From a virus, in the IMG/VR virus record IMGVR_UViG_3300032516_000003, positions 1,341 through 65,340 of that record: 64,000 bases of DNA, one strand, 5' to 3'. Both the position numbers and the translations under genes were made by a program. Below the pieces are notes generated by a model, which saw only the letters and a program-made list of their open reading frames with translations, was not told the origin of the DNA and did no database searches. Position 1 is the first letter of the stretch; each line of letters opens with the position of its first letter. Of this stretch, positions 1-7,887 are shown piece by piece.

Positions 1-49
1 GTAGCGCTGGATGTGTTTCTTGGTGAGGCGCTCGATGGTCTCCTTGGTG
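1..49 (-). CDS. hypothetical protein, 5' end only (continues left of window)
   Basis: ATG at 47-49 (minus) after GAGAGATGAGG SD-like stretch; reads MKLTKETIERLTKKHIQRY with GC-rich codon 3rd positions; overlaps stop of the upstream HTH gene (ATGA-type coupling). Confidence 0.35.
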
Positions 50-68
50 AGCTTCATGGCCTCATCTC

Positions 69-437
69 TCAGTTGCGCAGCTTGATGCGAGCCCGATTGC
101 CCTCCCGCTCCCACCCCACCACCCCGGCGTCTCGTAGATGTCGTACAGCGATGATGGCTGAGGAGGCAGCGATGTCGAGCGCCCGTGCCAGCTCCCGAAT
201 GCTGCTGGCCGTGCGATCGGCCTTCTTCTTGAGGTGGCGCACGATGTGTTCTTCGTGGGTCCCACTGAGCTCGCGCGAGTGCTGAGCCTTGCCCCGTGGT
301 CGGCGGGCTGAGGGCTGGATCTCGGAGGCTGACGGTTCGACGGCCTTCAGCTCGGAGGTCGGCAATTCCTCGCTGGGCAGCTCCTCCTCCACGCCGGCGG
401 GGTAGTCCTTGAGCCACTTCTCGAAGTCGTAGGTCAT
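69..437 (-). CDS. winged-helix/HTH DNA-binding protein (repressor-like), 122 aa
   Basis: AGGAGG SD 6 nt before ATG 435-437; C-terminal SIRELARALDIAASSAIIAVRHLRDAGVV looks like a MarR/ArsR-type HTH; faces the AT-richer control region 440-830. Confidence 0.7.
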   Translation of the reverse strand: MTYDFEKWLKDYPAGVEEELPSEELPTSELKAVEPSASEIQPSARRPRGKAQHSRELSGTHEEHIVRHLKKKADRTASSIRELARALDIAASSAIIAVRHLRDAGVVGWEREGNRARIKLRN

Positions 438-454
438 GCGTTCCTCCTTGCTCT

Positions 455-464
455 CCTTATACCA
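455..464 (-). promoter_or_regulatory. TGGTATAAGG extended -10-like box
   Basis: minus strand, ~20 nt before HTH-gene ATG. Confidence 0.4.
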
Positions 465-686
465 TCCTCGTCGGCCGGACAAAGACGTCCCAGGAGCTTC
501 CCAGTTGAGGGTCAGTACCTCTCTCCTACAGGGTCGGGTCACTGGCGGCACGGTTGTGTGATCAATTGGATGCAATGGTTCTCTCTTGGTAGAGGTGTAG
601 GTGTGTATGCTAAGTCATTGGAACTACGCCGGGTTTTGCCTAGTGTCAAATTGCCCACATATCAAGGGGTTAAGTGCGTTCAGATC

Positions 687-701
687 ACTATTTGAAATAG
701 T
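687..701. promoter_or_regulatory. palindromic operator-like site ACTATTTgAAATAGT
   Basis: 7-bp inverted repeat with 1-nt centre in the AT-rich divergent control region next to the HTH gene. Confidence 0.4.
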
Positions 702-712
702 AGAGTAGCATT

Positions 713-742
713 CAAGGGATAGCCACCCCCCCAAGGGATAGA
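713..742. repeat. direct repeat CAAGGGATAG x2 (713-722, 733-742)
   Basis: exact 10-mer twice, 10 nt apart. Confidence 0.5.
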
Positions 743-774
743 CCATGACCATTCCCCAGGTTCACATGACAGGC

Positions 775-822
775 CTTAGCAGGCACACACTAGACCTTGA
801 ACCCCCTTAGCAGGCACACACT
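775..822. repeat. direct repeat CCTTAGCAGGCACACACT x2 (775-792, 805-822)
   Basis: exact 18-mer twice, 12-nt spacer, just upstream of promoter 863-891. Confidence 0.6.
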
Positions 823-862
823 GTTCCAACAATGTACTCCGATCCCCTAGGAACAAAGGTGC

Positions 863-891
863 TTGACAGATCGGTAGGAATCGATCATACT
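863..891 (+). promoter_or_regulatory. sigma70-type promoter TTGACA-17-CATACT
   Basis: TTGACA 863-868, 17-nt spacer, CATACT 886-891; shares ATCGATCATA with promoter at 12885. Confidence 0.55.
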
Positions 892-930
892 GAGGTGGTG
901 AACCAGCGACCAGGAGCACTGGAGGCTGTC

Positions 931-1116
931 ATGTGCTGCCCACTCTGTACCGGCGTGCTGCAAGTGTCGATCCCGGCCATCGGGGACCAGGAACCAGTCA
1001 TGAGCTGCCAGGGCTGCAAGGTGGTCCTGACCAGTGACTTCCTGGGCCTGTACATGGACCAGGCTCTTGACCGCGAGCTCATCCACGAGCTCCACCGGGA
1101 GCTGAAGGCCGCCTAG
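931..1116 (+). CDS. small Zn-ribbon protein (CPLC...CQGC), 61 aa
   Basis: GGAGG 5 nt upstream of ATG 931; GC3 becomes high only from this ATG; downstream of TTGACA-17-CATACT promoter. Confidence 0.5.
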   Translation: MCCPLCTGVLQVSIPAIGDQEPVMSCQGCKVVLTSDFLGLYMDQALDRELIHELHRELKAA

Positions 1117-1236
1117 TCTTCCCCCTCCCTGTCCCAGGGCCTGTGGCTCTTCATTGCCTCCATCCCAGTAAGCTATCCCCTGCGAGAGTGTGTCTATTAG
1201 CGACCCCCTGTCATGTGAACCTGGGGTGATATTGGT

Positions 1237-1321
1237 GGGGTAGGATATATACCTACCTTTGATCAACAAGCCCCAGCTACACCTGGTCACACGAACCAGG
1301 GGTAGGAATTATTGGGGTAGG
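1237..1321. promoter_or_regulatory. three GGGGTAGG boxes (1237, 1299, 1314) plus GGTAGG-ATATATA-CCTACC hairpin
   Basis: iteron-like repeats upstream of HNH gene; related GGGTATAGG at 1355. Confidence 0.4.
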
Positions 1322-1394
1322 TGTATGTGCGCTGATCAATTCACCCTCCTTCCAGGGTATAGGTCCTGTACTCTACCTTGAAGGAGGTTAGATC

Positions 1395-2357
1395 ATGCCA
1401 CCTAAACGAGTCCCTGCGGTCGGGGAGCGCTTTGGAGTACTAGAAGTACTGGGGGAAGTTCCGCCGGGACCGGATTGGAAGACCCGCGTGCGAGTTTCCT
1501 GCCATTGCGGTCGCCCGGGGTGCCATCAAGAACGAGTTGTCATGGCCGCATGTCTCTACCGTGGCATGACCACCTCATGTGGAGCCACGGGGAAGGATCT
1601 GGCTGGTCAGCCATTCGGTTTGCTGAAAGTGATCAGCTTTGCCGGAAGGGACGAAAGGAATAGCCTTCTGTGGCTAGTGGAGTGCCGCTGCGGCCGGCAC
1701 AACTGCCGTCATCAGTTCACCGTGAGAGCCAGCCAGCTACTTGGTGCCAAGATCAGATGTTGTGGCGGAAGACGACGTATAACTGATCTAGGACGGACTC
1801 TGAGCCGACACTACAGTGCCTACAAGGGCAGTGCCAAGAAGCGCCGCCTGGAATTCACGCTCTCTCAGGAGGCGTTCGAGCAACTCTGCATTCAGCCCTG
1901 CTACTATTGTGGACTCCTTGATCAGAAGCCCATCTTTACCCAGAAGAAGGGCGACCACACCAGCCGCACAACCGGGCTGAATGGAATTGATAGAGTAGAC
2001 AATACGAGGGGCTACGAGATCACCAATTGTGTACCCTGCTGTGCTACCTGCAACCGCATCAAGTTGGCACTTCCCGAGCAAGCATTCGTCGACCACTGCC
2101 AGAGGGTGGCGACTCACCAGATTGGACAGGGCATGTACACCCAGGAGCAGCTGCGGGAGCTCCAGGCGGCGATCACCCAGAGGCAGGAGGAGGAACATGA
2201 GTTCAACCATGACCCAGTGCATACTCAGGGGACCCCAGAACCAGGTGGACACCCGATGGATCGAATCCCGGCTGGCCCAGAAGGAGAAGCAGCTGGTGGT
2301 CAAGGCTTCCGGCCAGGTGTGGGTGGTAGTGGAGGTGGGAGCGACCTGGCCAACTAA
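1395..2357 (+). CDS. HNH homing-type endonuclease with duplicated N-terminal Cys/His DNA-binding repeats
   Basis: GAAGGAGG SD; C-terminal GLNGIDRVDNTRGYEITNCVPCCATCNRIK HNH motif; two GxxFGxLxVL...CxCG repeats; last ~50 codons have low GC3 and are overlapped by next gene. Confidence 0.8.
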   Translation: MPPKRVPAVGERFGVLEVLGEVPPGPDWKTRVRVSCHCGRPGCHQERVVMAACLYRGMTTSCGATGKDLAGQPFGLLKVISFAGRDERNSLLWLVECRCGRHNCRHQFTVRASQLLGAKIRCCGGRRRITDLGRTLSRHYSAYKGSAKKRRLEFTLSQEAFEQLCIQPCYYCGLLDQKPIFTQKKGDHTSRTTGLNGIDRVDNTRGYEITNCVPCCATCNRIKLALPEQAFVDHCQRVATHQIGQGMYTQEQLRELQAAITQRQEEEHEFNHDPVHTQGTPEPGGHPMDRIPAGPEGEAAGGQGFRPGVGGSGGGSDLAN

Positions 2358-2463
2358 ACGGGTGTTGGACTATGAATGGGACTATGTGACCATGCCGACG
2401 GTCTCGGATGCCCTCACCGGGAAGGATGGGCGGAGAAGGCTCCCGGTGCGGCCTAAAGGGTGA
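2197..2463 (+). CDS. hypothetical protein, 88 aa
   Basis: perfect AGGAGGAGGAAC-ATG start inside the tail of the HNH ORF; GC3-rich in this frame while HNH frame loses GC3 bias. Confidence 0.45.
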   Translation: MSSTMTQCILRGPQNQVDTRWIESRLAQKEKQLVVKASGQVWVVVEVGATWPTKRVLDYEWDYVTMPTVSDALTGKDGRRRLPVRPKG

Positions 2464-2478
2464 AATTGACCCTTTCCC

Positions 2479-2488
2479 CTGGCATAAG
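2479..2488 (+). promoter_or_regulatory. TGGCATAAGG extended -10-like box
   Basis: 46 nt upstream of ATG 2534. Confidence 0.4.
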
Positions 2489-2533
2489 GCTTGTAGAGGT
2501 CGAGATCAACTTTCGCACCTCTAGGAGGCTGAC

Positions 2534-2950
2534 ATGCACGCACATGCTCGTTTCTGCGCATTCGTGAAGGGTGTGGCCATCGTGATTGGCGGTGACGCAT
2601 GCCACACGGTGGAGAGTCTGAAGAAGGCTCTCCGTGGACGCCGGGCCGAGTTAATTGGTCAGGACGTACTCCTGCAGGTCTACGGGGGTCCCGAGGTGGA
2701 CTTCACCGAGATCGCCTCGGTGAAAGTTCTGGTCACCCCGACCAAGATCCAGGTCCTGGACAACAGCTTCGGTGTCAGCCCTATCAAGTGCGGCTGGGCG
2801 TGGTTAGAGTTCGCCCTGAAGGCGGCCGCGGACTTGGAGCTGAAGTCTCGACCCTGGCCGATGACAGAAGCCCCCGTGGCCCCGCGGCCGCAGACGGCTG
2901 CAGAGCAGGTGGCGGGGGACTGGGTCAAGTTCGACAACTACCACCGCTAG
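2534..2950 (+). CDS. hypothetical protein, 138 aa
   Basis: AGGAGG SD, ATG 2534; TGGCATAAGG box 46 nt upstream; two terminator hairpins follow. Confidence 0.65.
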   Translation: MHAHARFCAFVKGVAIVIGGDACHTVESLKKALRGRRAELIGQDVLLQVYGGPEVDFTEIASVKVLVTPTKIQVLDNSFGVSPIKCGWAWLEFALKAAADLELKSRPWPMTEAPVAPRPQTAAEQVAGDWVKFDNYHR

Positions 2951-2954
2951 GAGG

Positions 2955-2972
2955 AGGGCCTTCGGGCCTTTT
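2955..2972 (+). terminator. intrinsic terminator hairpin AGGGCC-TTCG-GGCCTT + TTTT
   Basis: GC stem, tetraloop, T-run after gene 2534-2950. Confidence 0.6.
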
Positions 2973-3003
2973 AGTCCCTACACGTCGCCCAGGGACTATT
3001 TTG
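2973..3003 (+). terminator. second hairpin AGTCCCT-N11-AGGGACT + ATTTT
   Basis: 7-bp stem followed by T-run; tandem with 2955-2972. Confidence 0.5.
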
Positions 3004-3126
3004 GGGTCCTGATATGTCCTCGATCAAATAGATACAATAGTCCATAGCTGTTTACCATGTACGGGCCCCACTGTTCAAGTCATCCACTCAACGAGGGGCG
3101 GAAGCCCTAGTCCCCACCAGATCGAG

Positions 3127-3136
3127 GTATAAGAAG
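3127..3136 (+). promoter_or_regulatory. GGTATAAGAA -10-like box
   Basis: after double terminator, 18 nt before ATG 3154. Confidence 0.4.
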
Positions 3137-3153
3137 CATGAAAGGAGAACACC

Positions 3154-3240
3154 ATGCGTGTGATCTTCCAGAAGGCCCGTCTCATGGTCATCCTCGTTCC
3201 CCAGAACGGCGCCATCCAGGTCGCCTGGTTCAAGGGCTGA
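3154..3240 (+). CDS. small ORF, 28 aa (MRVIFQKARLMVILVPQNGAIQVAWFKG)
   Basis: AAAGGAGAA SD; TGA overlaps ATG of next gene (ctgACATG); below ORF-table size cutoff. Confidence 0.35.
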   Translation: MRVIFQKARLMVILVPQNGAIQVAWFKG

Positions 3241-3241
3241 C

Positions 3242-3457
3242 ATGCCCTGCGTCTACGTGAAGTTCCCACTGACCAACCCGCCGCTGGCCAGGTACTCGGA
3301 CCAGCGGTTCTCCTTCCACTTCCTTCGCGTCCCCTGCGTGGGGGAGATCGTCGACACCCGGGATGCCAAGTGGGTGGTGCACCGGGTGGTGCACCACGCC
3401 GGCGAAGACATCCTCCCGGACGCCACCGCGACCATCTTCGTCCGACTGGAGGAGTAG
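3242..3457 (+). CDS. hypothetical protein, 71 aa
   Basis: translationally coupled to upstream small ORF and directly abuts HD-domain gene. Confidence 0.5.
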   Translation: MPCVYVKFPLTNPPLARYSDQRFSFHFLRVPCVGEIVDTRDAKWVVHRVVHHAGEDILPDATATIFVRLEE

Positions 3458-4081
3458 ATGGCTCACATCGCCGATCTCATCCAAGCCTGCCGGGTCTGCT
3501 GCTGGCCGGCTCTCGTCACCCTGGTCCCCGAGCTCAAGACTCTGGAGGGCCAGTCCCAGCACCGGGGAGCTGGCGTCGATGTGGCTGAGCACACTCGCCT
3601 CATGCTGGTCCAGTGCCCCAAGGAGGATGATGTCCTGCTTCTTGCCTGCTTGCTGCACGACCTGGGGAAGCCCCAGACGGCCGAGCCCAACCGCAAGGGC
3701 GGCTGGCAATTCCCCGACCATGCCGCAGTCGGTGCCGCCATGGTCCAGCCGATTCTGGAGCGCTTCGACGGTGTGGACACTGACCTGAGCATCCGGCTGC
3801 ATGGCCTGGTGTTCGCCCACATGATGCCACATGGGGGCGAGATCTTGGACATGGGGCCGGACACCGAGCGCTTGATCGACCTGGCCGAGCTCGACTCGGG
3901 CTCCTTCCTCAACCGCTCGGTGGGCAAGGTCCGGGAGCGCTTCAATGCGCTGCGGGTCAAGCACCACCTCCCCGAGCGGCCCTTCCCCCCGCCAGAGCCC
4001 ATCTCCAGGGCTCTGGAGGAGTACCAACGAGTCTGCCTGCAGGGCAAGGAGCCGCGCTATGATGGACCTCAAGCGGCCTGA
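3458..4081 (+). CDS. HD-domain metal-dependent phosphohydrolase
   Basis: LLLACLLHDLGKP motif (H...HD...K) typical of HD superfamily; GGAG SD; ATG 3458. Confidence 0.75.
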   Translation: MAHIADLIQACRVCCWPALVTLVPELKTLEGQSQHRGAGVDVAEHTRLMLVQCPKEDDVLLLACLLHDLGKPQTAEPNRKGGWQFPDHAAVGAAMVQPILERFDGVDTDLSIRLHGLVFAHMMPHGGEILDMGPDTERLIDLAELDSGSFLNRSVGKVRERFNALRVKHHLPERPFPPPEPISRALEEYQRVCLQGKEPRYDGPQAA

Positions 4082-4207
4082 GATCGTCTGTCCCCACCGT
4101 GGGGACAGACGCCTTCCCTGGCTCTGGCTGCCCCGCCCCATGAAGTTCCCCCAGAAGCGTCGGCGGAAGATCCGGCTCATCCGGATCCGGCCGATCGTCT
4201 TCAACTA

Positions 4208-4227
4208 GGCCCTCGGGGCCTTTCCTT
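4208..4227 (+). terminator. hairpin GGCCC-TCG-GGGCC + TTTCCTT
   Basis: ends + strand HD-gene operon. Confidence 0.5.
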
Positions 4228-4246
4228 AGGATGCAGGCTAAGGAAA

Positions 4247-4265
4247 GGGGCCGGCTGCCGGCCCC
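4247..4265 (-). terminator. hairpin GGGGCCGG-CTG-CCGGCCCC (T-rich on minus side)
   Basis: ends minus gene 4275-4523; convergent terminator pair. Confidence 0.5.
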
Positions 4266-4274
4266 TTCTGCGGT

Positions 4275-4523
4275 TCACGGCAGTAGTCGGATGTTCCTGA
4301 TGCCGTCTACACACATGCTCCACAACGTCCTGAAGATGATGTAGCCATCGCGAAGGCCGAAGGTAGCCTGCCAGCGACTTCTCCCAGAGACTGCTTTGAC
4401 TGTCACTTCTGCGTTGCATACGTCGATGTAGGCTGAGACATCGGCGGTACGTAGCACCCCGCGGCTATCCTTGTACTGCAATGCGGGCCACTGCTGATCA
4501 CTATGCGGATTCGGGCAAGACAT
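4275..4523 (-). CDS. hypothetical protein, 82 aa
   Basis: AGGAGG SD before ATG 4523 (minus); convergent with HD operon, hairpin terminators 4208-4265 between them. Confidence 0.6.
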   Translation of the reverse strand: MSCPNPHSDQQWPALQYKDSRGVLRTADVSAYIDVCNAEVTVKAVSGRSRWQATFGLRDGYIIFRTLWSMCVDGIRNIRLLP

Positions 4524-4544
4524 GAAGGCACCTCCTGAATGACC

Positions 4545-4554
4545 TTCTTATACC
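4545..4554 (-). promoter_or_regulatory. GGGTATAAGA -10-like box
   Basis: minus strand, 22 nt upstream of ATG 4523. Confidence 0.4.
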
Positions 4555-4576
4555 CCAATAATGATCATTCGATCAG

Positions 4577-4586
4577 GTATAAGTCT
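4577..4586 (+). promoter_or_regulatory. AGGTATAAGT -10-like box
   Basis: 51 nt upstream of ATG 4637; divergent from 4545 box. Confidence 0.4.
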
Positions 4587-4636
4587 AGTAGAACAGAAGT
4601 TTTACTTTCGTCCGAAACGATCAGAAAGGAGGATCG

Positions 4637-5023
4637 ATGCGGTATCAGATCGTAGATGCCCTCTACGGCGTGCACATGAACACCGTGACCCCTCGGCTTG
4701 TCAGCGAACTTCTGGCGGAACACGGTTATGATCTTCGGGATCTGAAGCCCGGGGAGATGATCCCGATCTTCAACAACAGCTGGGAGTGGGGCGGACTCTG
4801 CGATAGCCGTACTCCGCCCCGCTTCAAGGTCGTCGTCAACGAAGACGGCCTGATCTACCTGAAACAGCCGGTCCACGAAGTGCTCGACCAGATCAGCGGG
4901 CCGCTGAAGTTCAGTATCTACATCCACGCCCACATCACCTGTCCAGCGAAGATCCGGGAGCAGCTGGCCAACTCGCTGGCGAAGCAGAGGCTTGCACTAC
5001 AGAACAAAAGGAGGAAAGCATGA
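4637..5023 (+). CDS. hypothetical protein, 128 aa
   Basis: AAAGGAGGA SD; AT-rich promoter region upstream with GGTATAAG box. Confidence 0.7.
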   Translation: MRYQIVDALYGVHMNTVTPRLVSELLAEHGYDLRDLKPGEMIPIFNNSWEWGGLCDSRTPPRFKVVVNEDGLIYLKQPVHEVLDQISGPLKFSIYIHAHITCPAKIREQLANSLAKQRLALQNKRRKA

Positions 5024-5481
5024 ACTGGAAGAAGATCAAAGGCCGGGGCACCGGCAGTCTCTTCAGCCTGCAGGATCGGCTGAAAATGATGCAGGACCGC
5101 ACGAACGGGCGCAATATCCTCGACATAGCAAAGGAGACCGGCTGCTCCCAGTCGACCCTCGTCACCATGACGGTTCTCATGGTGAAGGAGGGCTACCTCA
5201 GAAGGGTCGGCCACAAGAAGTACCGCATGACCGAGAAGGGGAAGGAGGCGCTGGCGGAGCGGCCGCGGCCGAAGATGGAACTGGTGGAGAGGCCGGGCGG
5301 GGTGGAGCTCAAGATCACGCCGGCCTCGCAGATGAAGGTGGAGGAGACTCCATCGGCGGCCATCAACGACAAGATGAAAAGCCTGGAGGAGGAACTCGCC
5401 TACCAGCAGGCCTCACGGCCGTTCCTCCTCAACATGGGGTGGAAAGTCAGGCTGATGATGGAACTGGAGAAGGCCAAGTGA
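5020..5481 (+). CDS. winged-helix DNA-binding protein
   Basis: AAAAGGAGGAAAGC-ATG; ILDIAKETGCSQSTLVTMTVLMVKEGYLRRVGHKKYRMTEKG is MarR/wHTH-like; ATGA coupling to upstream gene. Confidence 0.7.
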   Translation: MNWKKIKGRGTGSLFSLQDRLKMMQDRTNGRNILDIAKETGCSQSTLVTMTVLMVKEGYLRRVGHKKYRMTEKGKEALAERPRPKMELVERPGGVELKITPASQMKVEETPSAAINDKMKSLEEELAYQQASRPFLLNMGWKVRLMMELEKAK

Positions 5482-5711
5482 GGGTGATCCATCGAGGAGG
5501 ACACCCCGCCCAGGTCATCATCACCTCAGGTCCAGATCTGGAATCCGACGTCCGTTCGAACACGCCGGACTACCAGCCCGATCCCTGGGGTGACTACGAC
5601 CAGGAGAAGAACGGCTACACCAACTCGGAGACCCATGAGTTCTCCCCGGGTCCCGATCGCCCCGCTAAGAAACTCCCACCTCGCGGCCCCCGGGGCCGCT
5701 TCACCACCTGA
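5478..5711 (+). CDS. possible small gene (GTG start), 77 aa
   Basis: in-frame GTG overlapping stop of 5020 gene; GC3-rich; no clear SD; terminator hairpin follows at 5759-5776. Confidence 0.3.
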   Translation: MRVIHRGGHPAQVIITSGPDLESDVRSNTPDYQPDPWGDYDQEKNGYTNSETHEFSPGPDRPAKKLPPRGPRGRFTT

Positions 5712-5758
5712 AAGAGATGCTCACTCCTGGGGCATAAGGATCATGACAGGAGATGGTT

Positions 5759-5776
5759 ACCCCTTCGGGGGTTTCC
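5759..5776 (+). terminator. hairpin ACCCC-TTCG-GGGGT + TTCC
   Basis: after gene ending 5711; GGGCATAAGG box lies 25 nt upstream. Confidence 0.5.
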
Positions 5777-5790
5777 GTTAACCCGTAGAC

Positions 5791-6276
5791 CTACTTGAAG
5801 AGAAGACGGGCCGGCAACTGGGTCTGGTGCATCGGCGGCATGGCCTTGTGGACCGGGCGGGCCTTCAAGGCCTTCAGGGCCACCTCGGCGGGCTGGGAAG
5901 CTGGCGGAGGCTCGGGGCGACGCGGCTGCCCGACAGGCCGCGTTCTTGACCTCTCAGCCCGGCGAAGCTCGTCCTCGACCCGATGCCGCAGGCCGATCTC
6001 CAATACCGCGGCCCGTACCTGGTTGAGTGCCTCACCCTGCTCGTTGACCTGCTTGCGCAAGGCTTCGAGGTTGGCCGGTAGTTCCTTGTTGATCGTCTGG
6101 GCCACCTTCTGATACACCGCATCGACCGTCTTCTCGCTGGCCTTCTGCTGCCAGACCCCGAAGACACCTACGATCGCGGCCATGACGATCGGCACCAGGA
6201 GTTTCTCGATGGTCGTCTCCCAGATCTTGATCAGGAGGCCGTATAGGAAGGAGTGCTTCTTGGTCTCATCGCTCAT
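5791..6276 (-). CDS. membrane-anchored coiled-coil protein, 161 aa
   Basis: start MSDETKK at 6276; one TM helix (LLVPIVMAAIVGVFGVW) then heptad-rich helix and Pro-rich C-terminus; longer upstream extension has no SD. Confidence 0.55.
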   Translation of the reverse strand: MSDETKKHSFLYGLLIKIWETTIEKLLVPIVMAAIVGVFGVWQQKASEKTVDAVYQKVAQTINKELPANLEALRKQVNEQGEALNQVRAAVLEIGLRHRVEDELRRAERSRTRPVGQPRRPEPPPASQPAEVALKALKARPVHKAMPPMHQTQLPARLLFK

Positions 6277-6305
6277 GTGACCATAGTACAACAAGCGTAG
6301 GATTC

Positions 6306-6315
6306 TGGCATAAGA
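6306..6315 (+). promoter_or_regulatory. TGGCATAAGA extended -10-like box
   Basis: 28 nt upstream of ATG 6343. Confidence 0.4.
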
Positions 6316-6342
6316 AAGACATTCTACCCAGGAGGTTATCCC

Positions 6343-6654
6343 ATGGCCCTTAGTGGAGATCGCTGCGCCTGGTACCGCTGCACAGGCGAGATCGACGTCA
6401 TCTATGGTGCCTGCTTTGCCAAGAACGGGGAGCGGCTGAACATCCCGCTCTGTGAGCGACACTGGGGCAAGATCGCCGGCCTAGGATCAATCGAGGCGGG
6501 TGAGGTCTTGCAGAAGAGTGTGCCCAACATTCGGATCGACATCGGGAGGACTAATGAAGCCGCTCTACAAGACCACCATCGTCATCTGGTCCGAGTACGA
6601 CCCGACGGAGAAGTACGAGCTCAAGGAGCTCGCCAACGAGGCCGAGCAGGGTGA
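6343..6654 (+). CDS. hypothetical Cys-containing protein
   Basis: CAGGAGG SD; TGGCATAAGA box 28 nt upstream; last ~30 codons lose GC3 and are overlapped by next gene. Confidence 0.5.
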   Translation: MALSGDRCAWYRCTGEIDVIYGACFAKNGERLNIPLCERHWGKIAGLGSIEAGEVLQKSVPNIRIDIGRTNEAALQDHHRHLVRVRPDGEVRAQGARQRGRAG

Positions 6655-6751
6655 CGCCTACTGCAGCAAGATGCGGGCGACCCTGATCGACAAGCCCCAC
6701 GAGGACCCCGACTGGGACAACACCGAATTCTTCGACGACGTGGAGGATTGA
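6554..6751 (+). CDS. hypothetical acidic protein, 65 aa
   Basis: GGGAGG SD, ATG 6554; good GC3. Confidence 0.55.
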   Translation: MKPLYKTTIVIWSEYDPTEKYELKELANEAEQGDAYCSKMRATLIDKPHEDPDWDNTEFFDDVED

Positions 6752-6753
6752 TC

Positions 6754-7011
6754 ATGGCGTGCGCAAGGCTTAGTCACGAAGATCTGAGGGCCCTTCGAAA
6801 GCACGGCCACCCCAATTTCTGGGAGGTGGCCATCTACGGCAAGGCATCGCGCCCAGATTCTGTGACCGTAGAGTGTACCAAGTGTGGGGAGGTGCTGATT
6901 GAATTGGTGAGCTTGGACCTCGAACGGCAGAATCGAGAGCTCCTCCGCTACCTGAGGGAGTCGGGGAAGCGCATGGCCAAGGATTTCTTTCCGGATGCAG
7001 TCAAGCGATGA
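6754..7011 (+). CDS. hypothetical protein (CTKCGE zinc-knuckle like)
   Basis: GGAGGA 6 nt before ATG 6754 (TTG 6748 also possible). Confidence 0.6.
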   Translation: MACARLSHEDLRALRKHGHPNFWEVAIYGKASRPDSVTVECTKCGEVLIELVSLDLERQNRELLRYLRESGKRMAKDFFPDAVKR

Positions 7012-7078
7012 GCCAGACGACGTTCCCCCTGTCCCTGTGGTGCTGCCCTCACTGCCGTAGCGGTCACTGGAGGAGGCC

Positions 7079-7606
7079 ATGAGCGAAAAGAGACTGGTCA
7101 GAATCTACATCGGCGGGCAGGTCAGCCCCGAGACCGCCAGGACGCTGGTGGAGCGCATCAAGGCCATCCACGGGGCCCTGGATGACTACTGGTCCACTCC
7201 GCCCCAGGACGTCGACCAGCTGGTCGCTTACGCAGTCAAGGAGAAGTGGGTCGGACTGAGACATGAAGACTGGCCGCAGGCCTTCGAGGAGCTGGAGGAG
7301 TGGTGCCAGGAGGAGCGCATCCCCTACGACGAGGTCCTGCCGCCCTTCGGGGAGTTCCCAGGGGTCATCGCCTACTACCGCCCTGCCGCCCGAGTGGGAA
7401 CGAGACTGATGCCGCGGCTCAGGGTCAGCCGCAACTGTGACTTCTTCGGCAACCCCATCCTGGAGTGGAGGGAGGTCCGGAAGGTCCTGGAGATGCTGCG
7501 AACGCGCACCTTGGCGCGAGCACGAACCGCGAAGGCTGACTCCATGCTGGAGGAGCTTCTGGGCAAGGATGTCCATGAACTGCCGCCCTTCGAGATGCGG
7601 CCATGA
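7079..7606 (+). CDS. hypothetical protein, 175 aa
   Basis: GGAGGAGG SD; GC3-rich. Confidence 0.7.
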   Translation: MSEKRLVRIYIGGQVSPETARTLVERIKAIHGALDDYWSTPPQDVDQLVAYAVKEKWVGLRHEDWPQAFEELEEWCQEERIPYDEVLPPFGEFPGVIAYYRPAARVGTRLMPRLRVSRNCDFFGNPILEWREVRKVLEMLRTRTLARARTAKADSMLEELLGKDVHELPPFEMRP

Positions 7607-7887
7607 TCAAGAAGCAGATGGTGTGCTTCGATTGTGGGATGAAGATCGAAGCAAGCATCGTGCAGGCCAAGGCGCACGGATGGACGGTGTGGGTGGGAGG
7701 GGCTCGATGCAAGGCCTGCTCAGCGAAGGATGACTCCATCTCCGTCTTCATCTGGGGTGGGCCATGTAAAGGAGGGGGAGATCATAGCTGTGATGGCCCT
7801 GAGTACGAGGAAGCGCTGATGTCTACGGCTACCTGCTCGAAGTGTGGCATGCACCAGATCGACTACGACCTGCTGAGGATGCCGTGA
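7603..7887 (+). CDS. Cys-rich Zn-finger protein (CFDCGM...CKAC...CSKCGM)
   Basis: ATGA overlap with upstream gene. Confidence 0.6.
   Translation: MIKKQMVCFDCGMKIEASIVQAKAHGWTVWVGGARCKACSAKDDSISVFIWGGPCKGGGDHSCDGPEYEEALMSTATCSKCGMHQIDYDLLRMP

Noticed and set aside
3230-4204. 324-aa minus-strand ORF antisense to the HD-domain gene (and similar long antisense ORFs at 7064-7576, 15048-15680, 20677-21477, 22416-23039, 24750-25514, 28816-29625, 37974-38735, 49415-50548, 54431-55390)
   Set aside because: Arg/Gly/Pro-rich, no SD, low GC3 in their own frame while the opposite strand carries recognisable domain motifs. Typical stop-poor antisense frames of a 64% GC genome.
4059-4208. 49-aa basic ORF (MMDLKRPEIV...) overlapping the 3' end of the HD gene
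   Set aside because: No SD, and composition dominated by Arg/Pro/Ile from a GC-poor stretch adjacent to terminators. Insufficient support.
5727-5776. Short transcript (promoter box plus terminator 25 nt later) as a small ncRNA gene
   Set aside because: Only a -10-like box and a hairpin. No conserved structure evident, so reported only under the promoter-motif finding.
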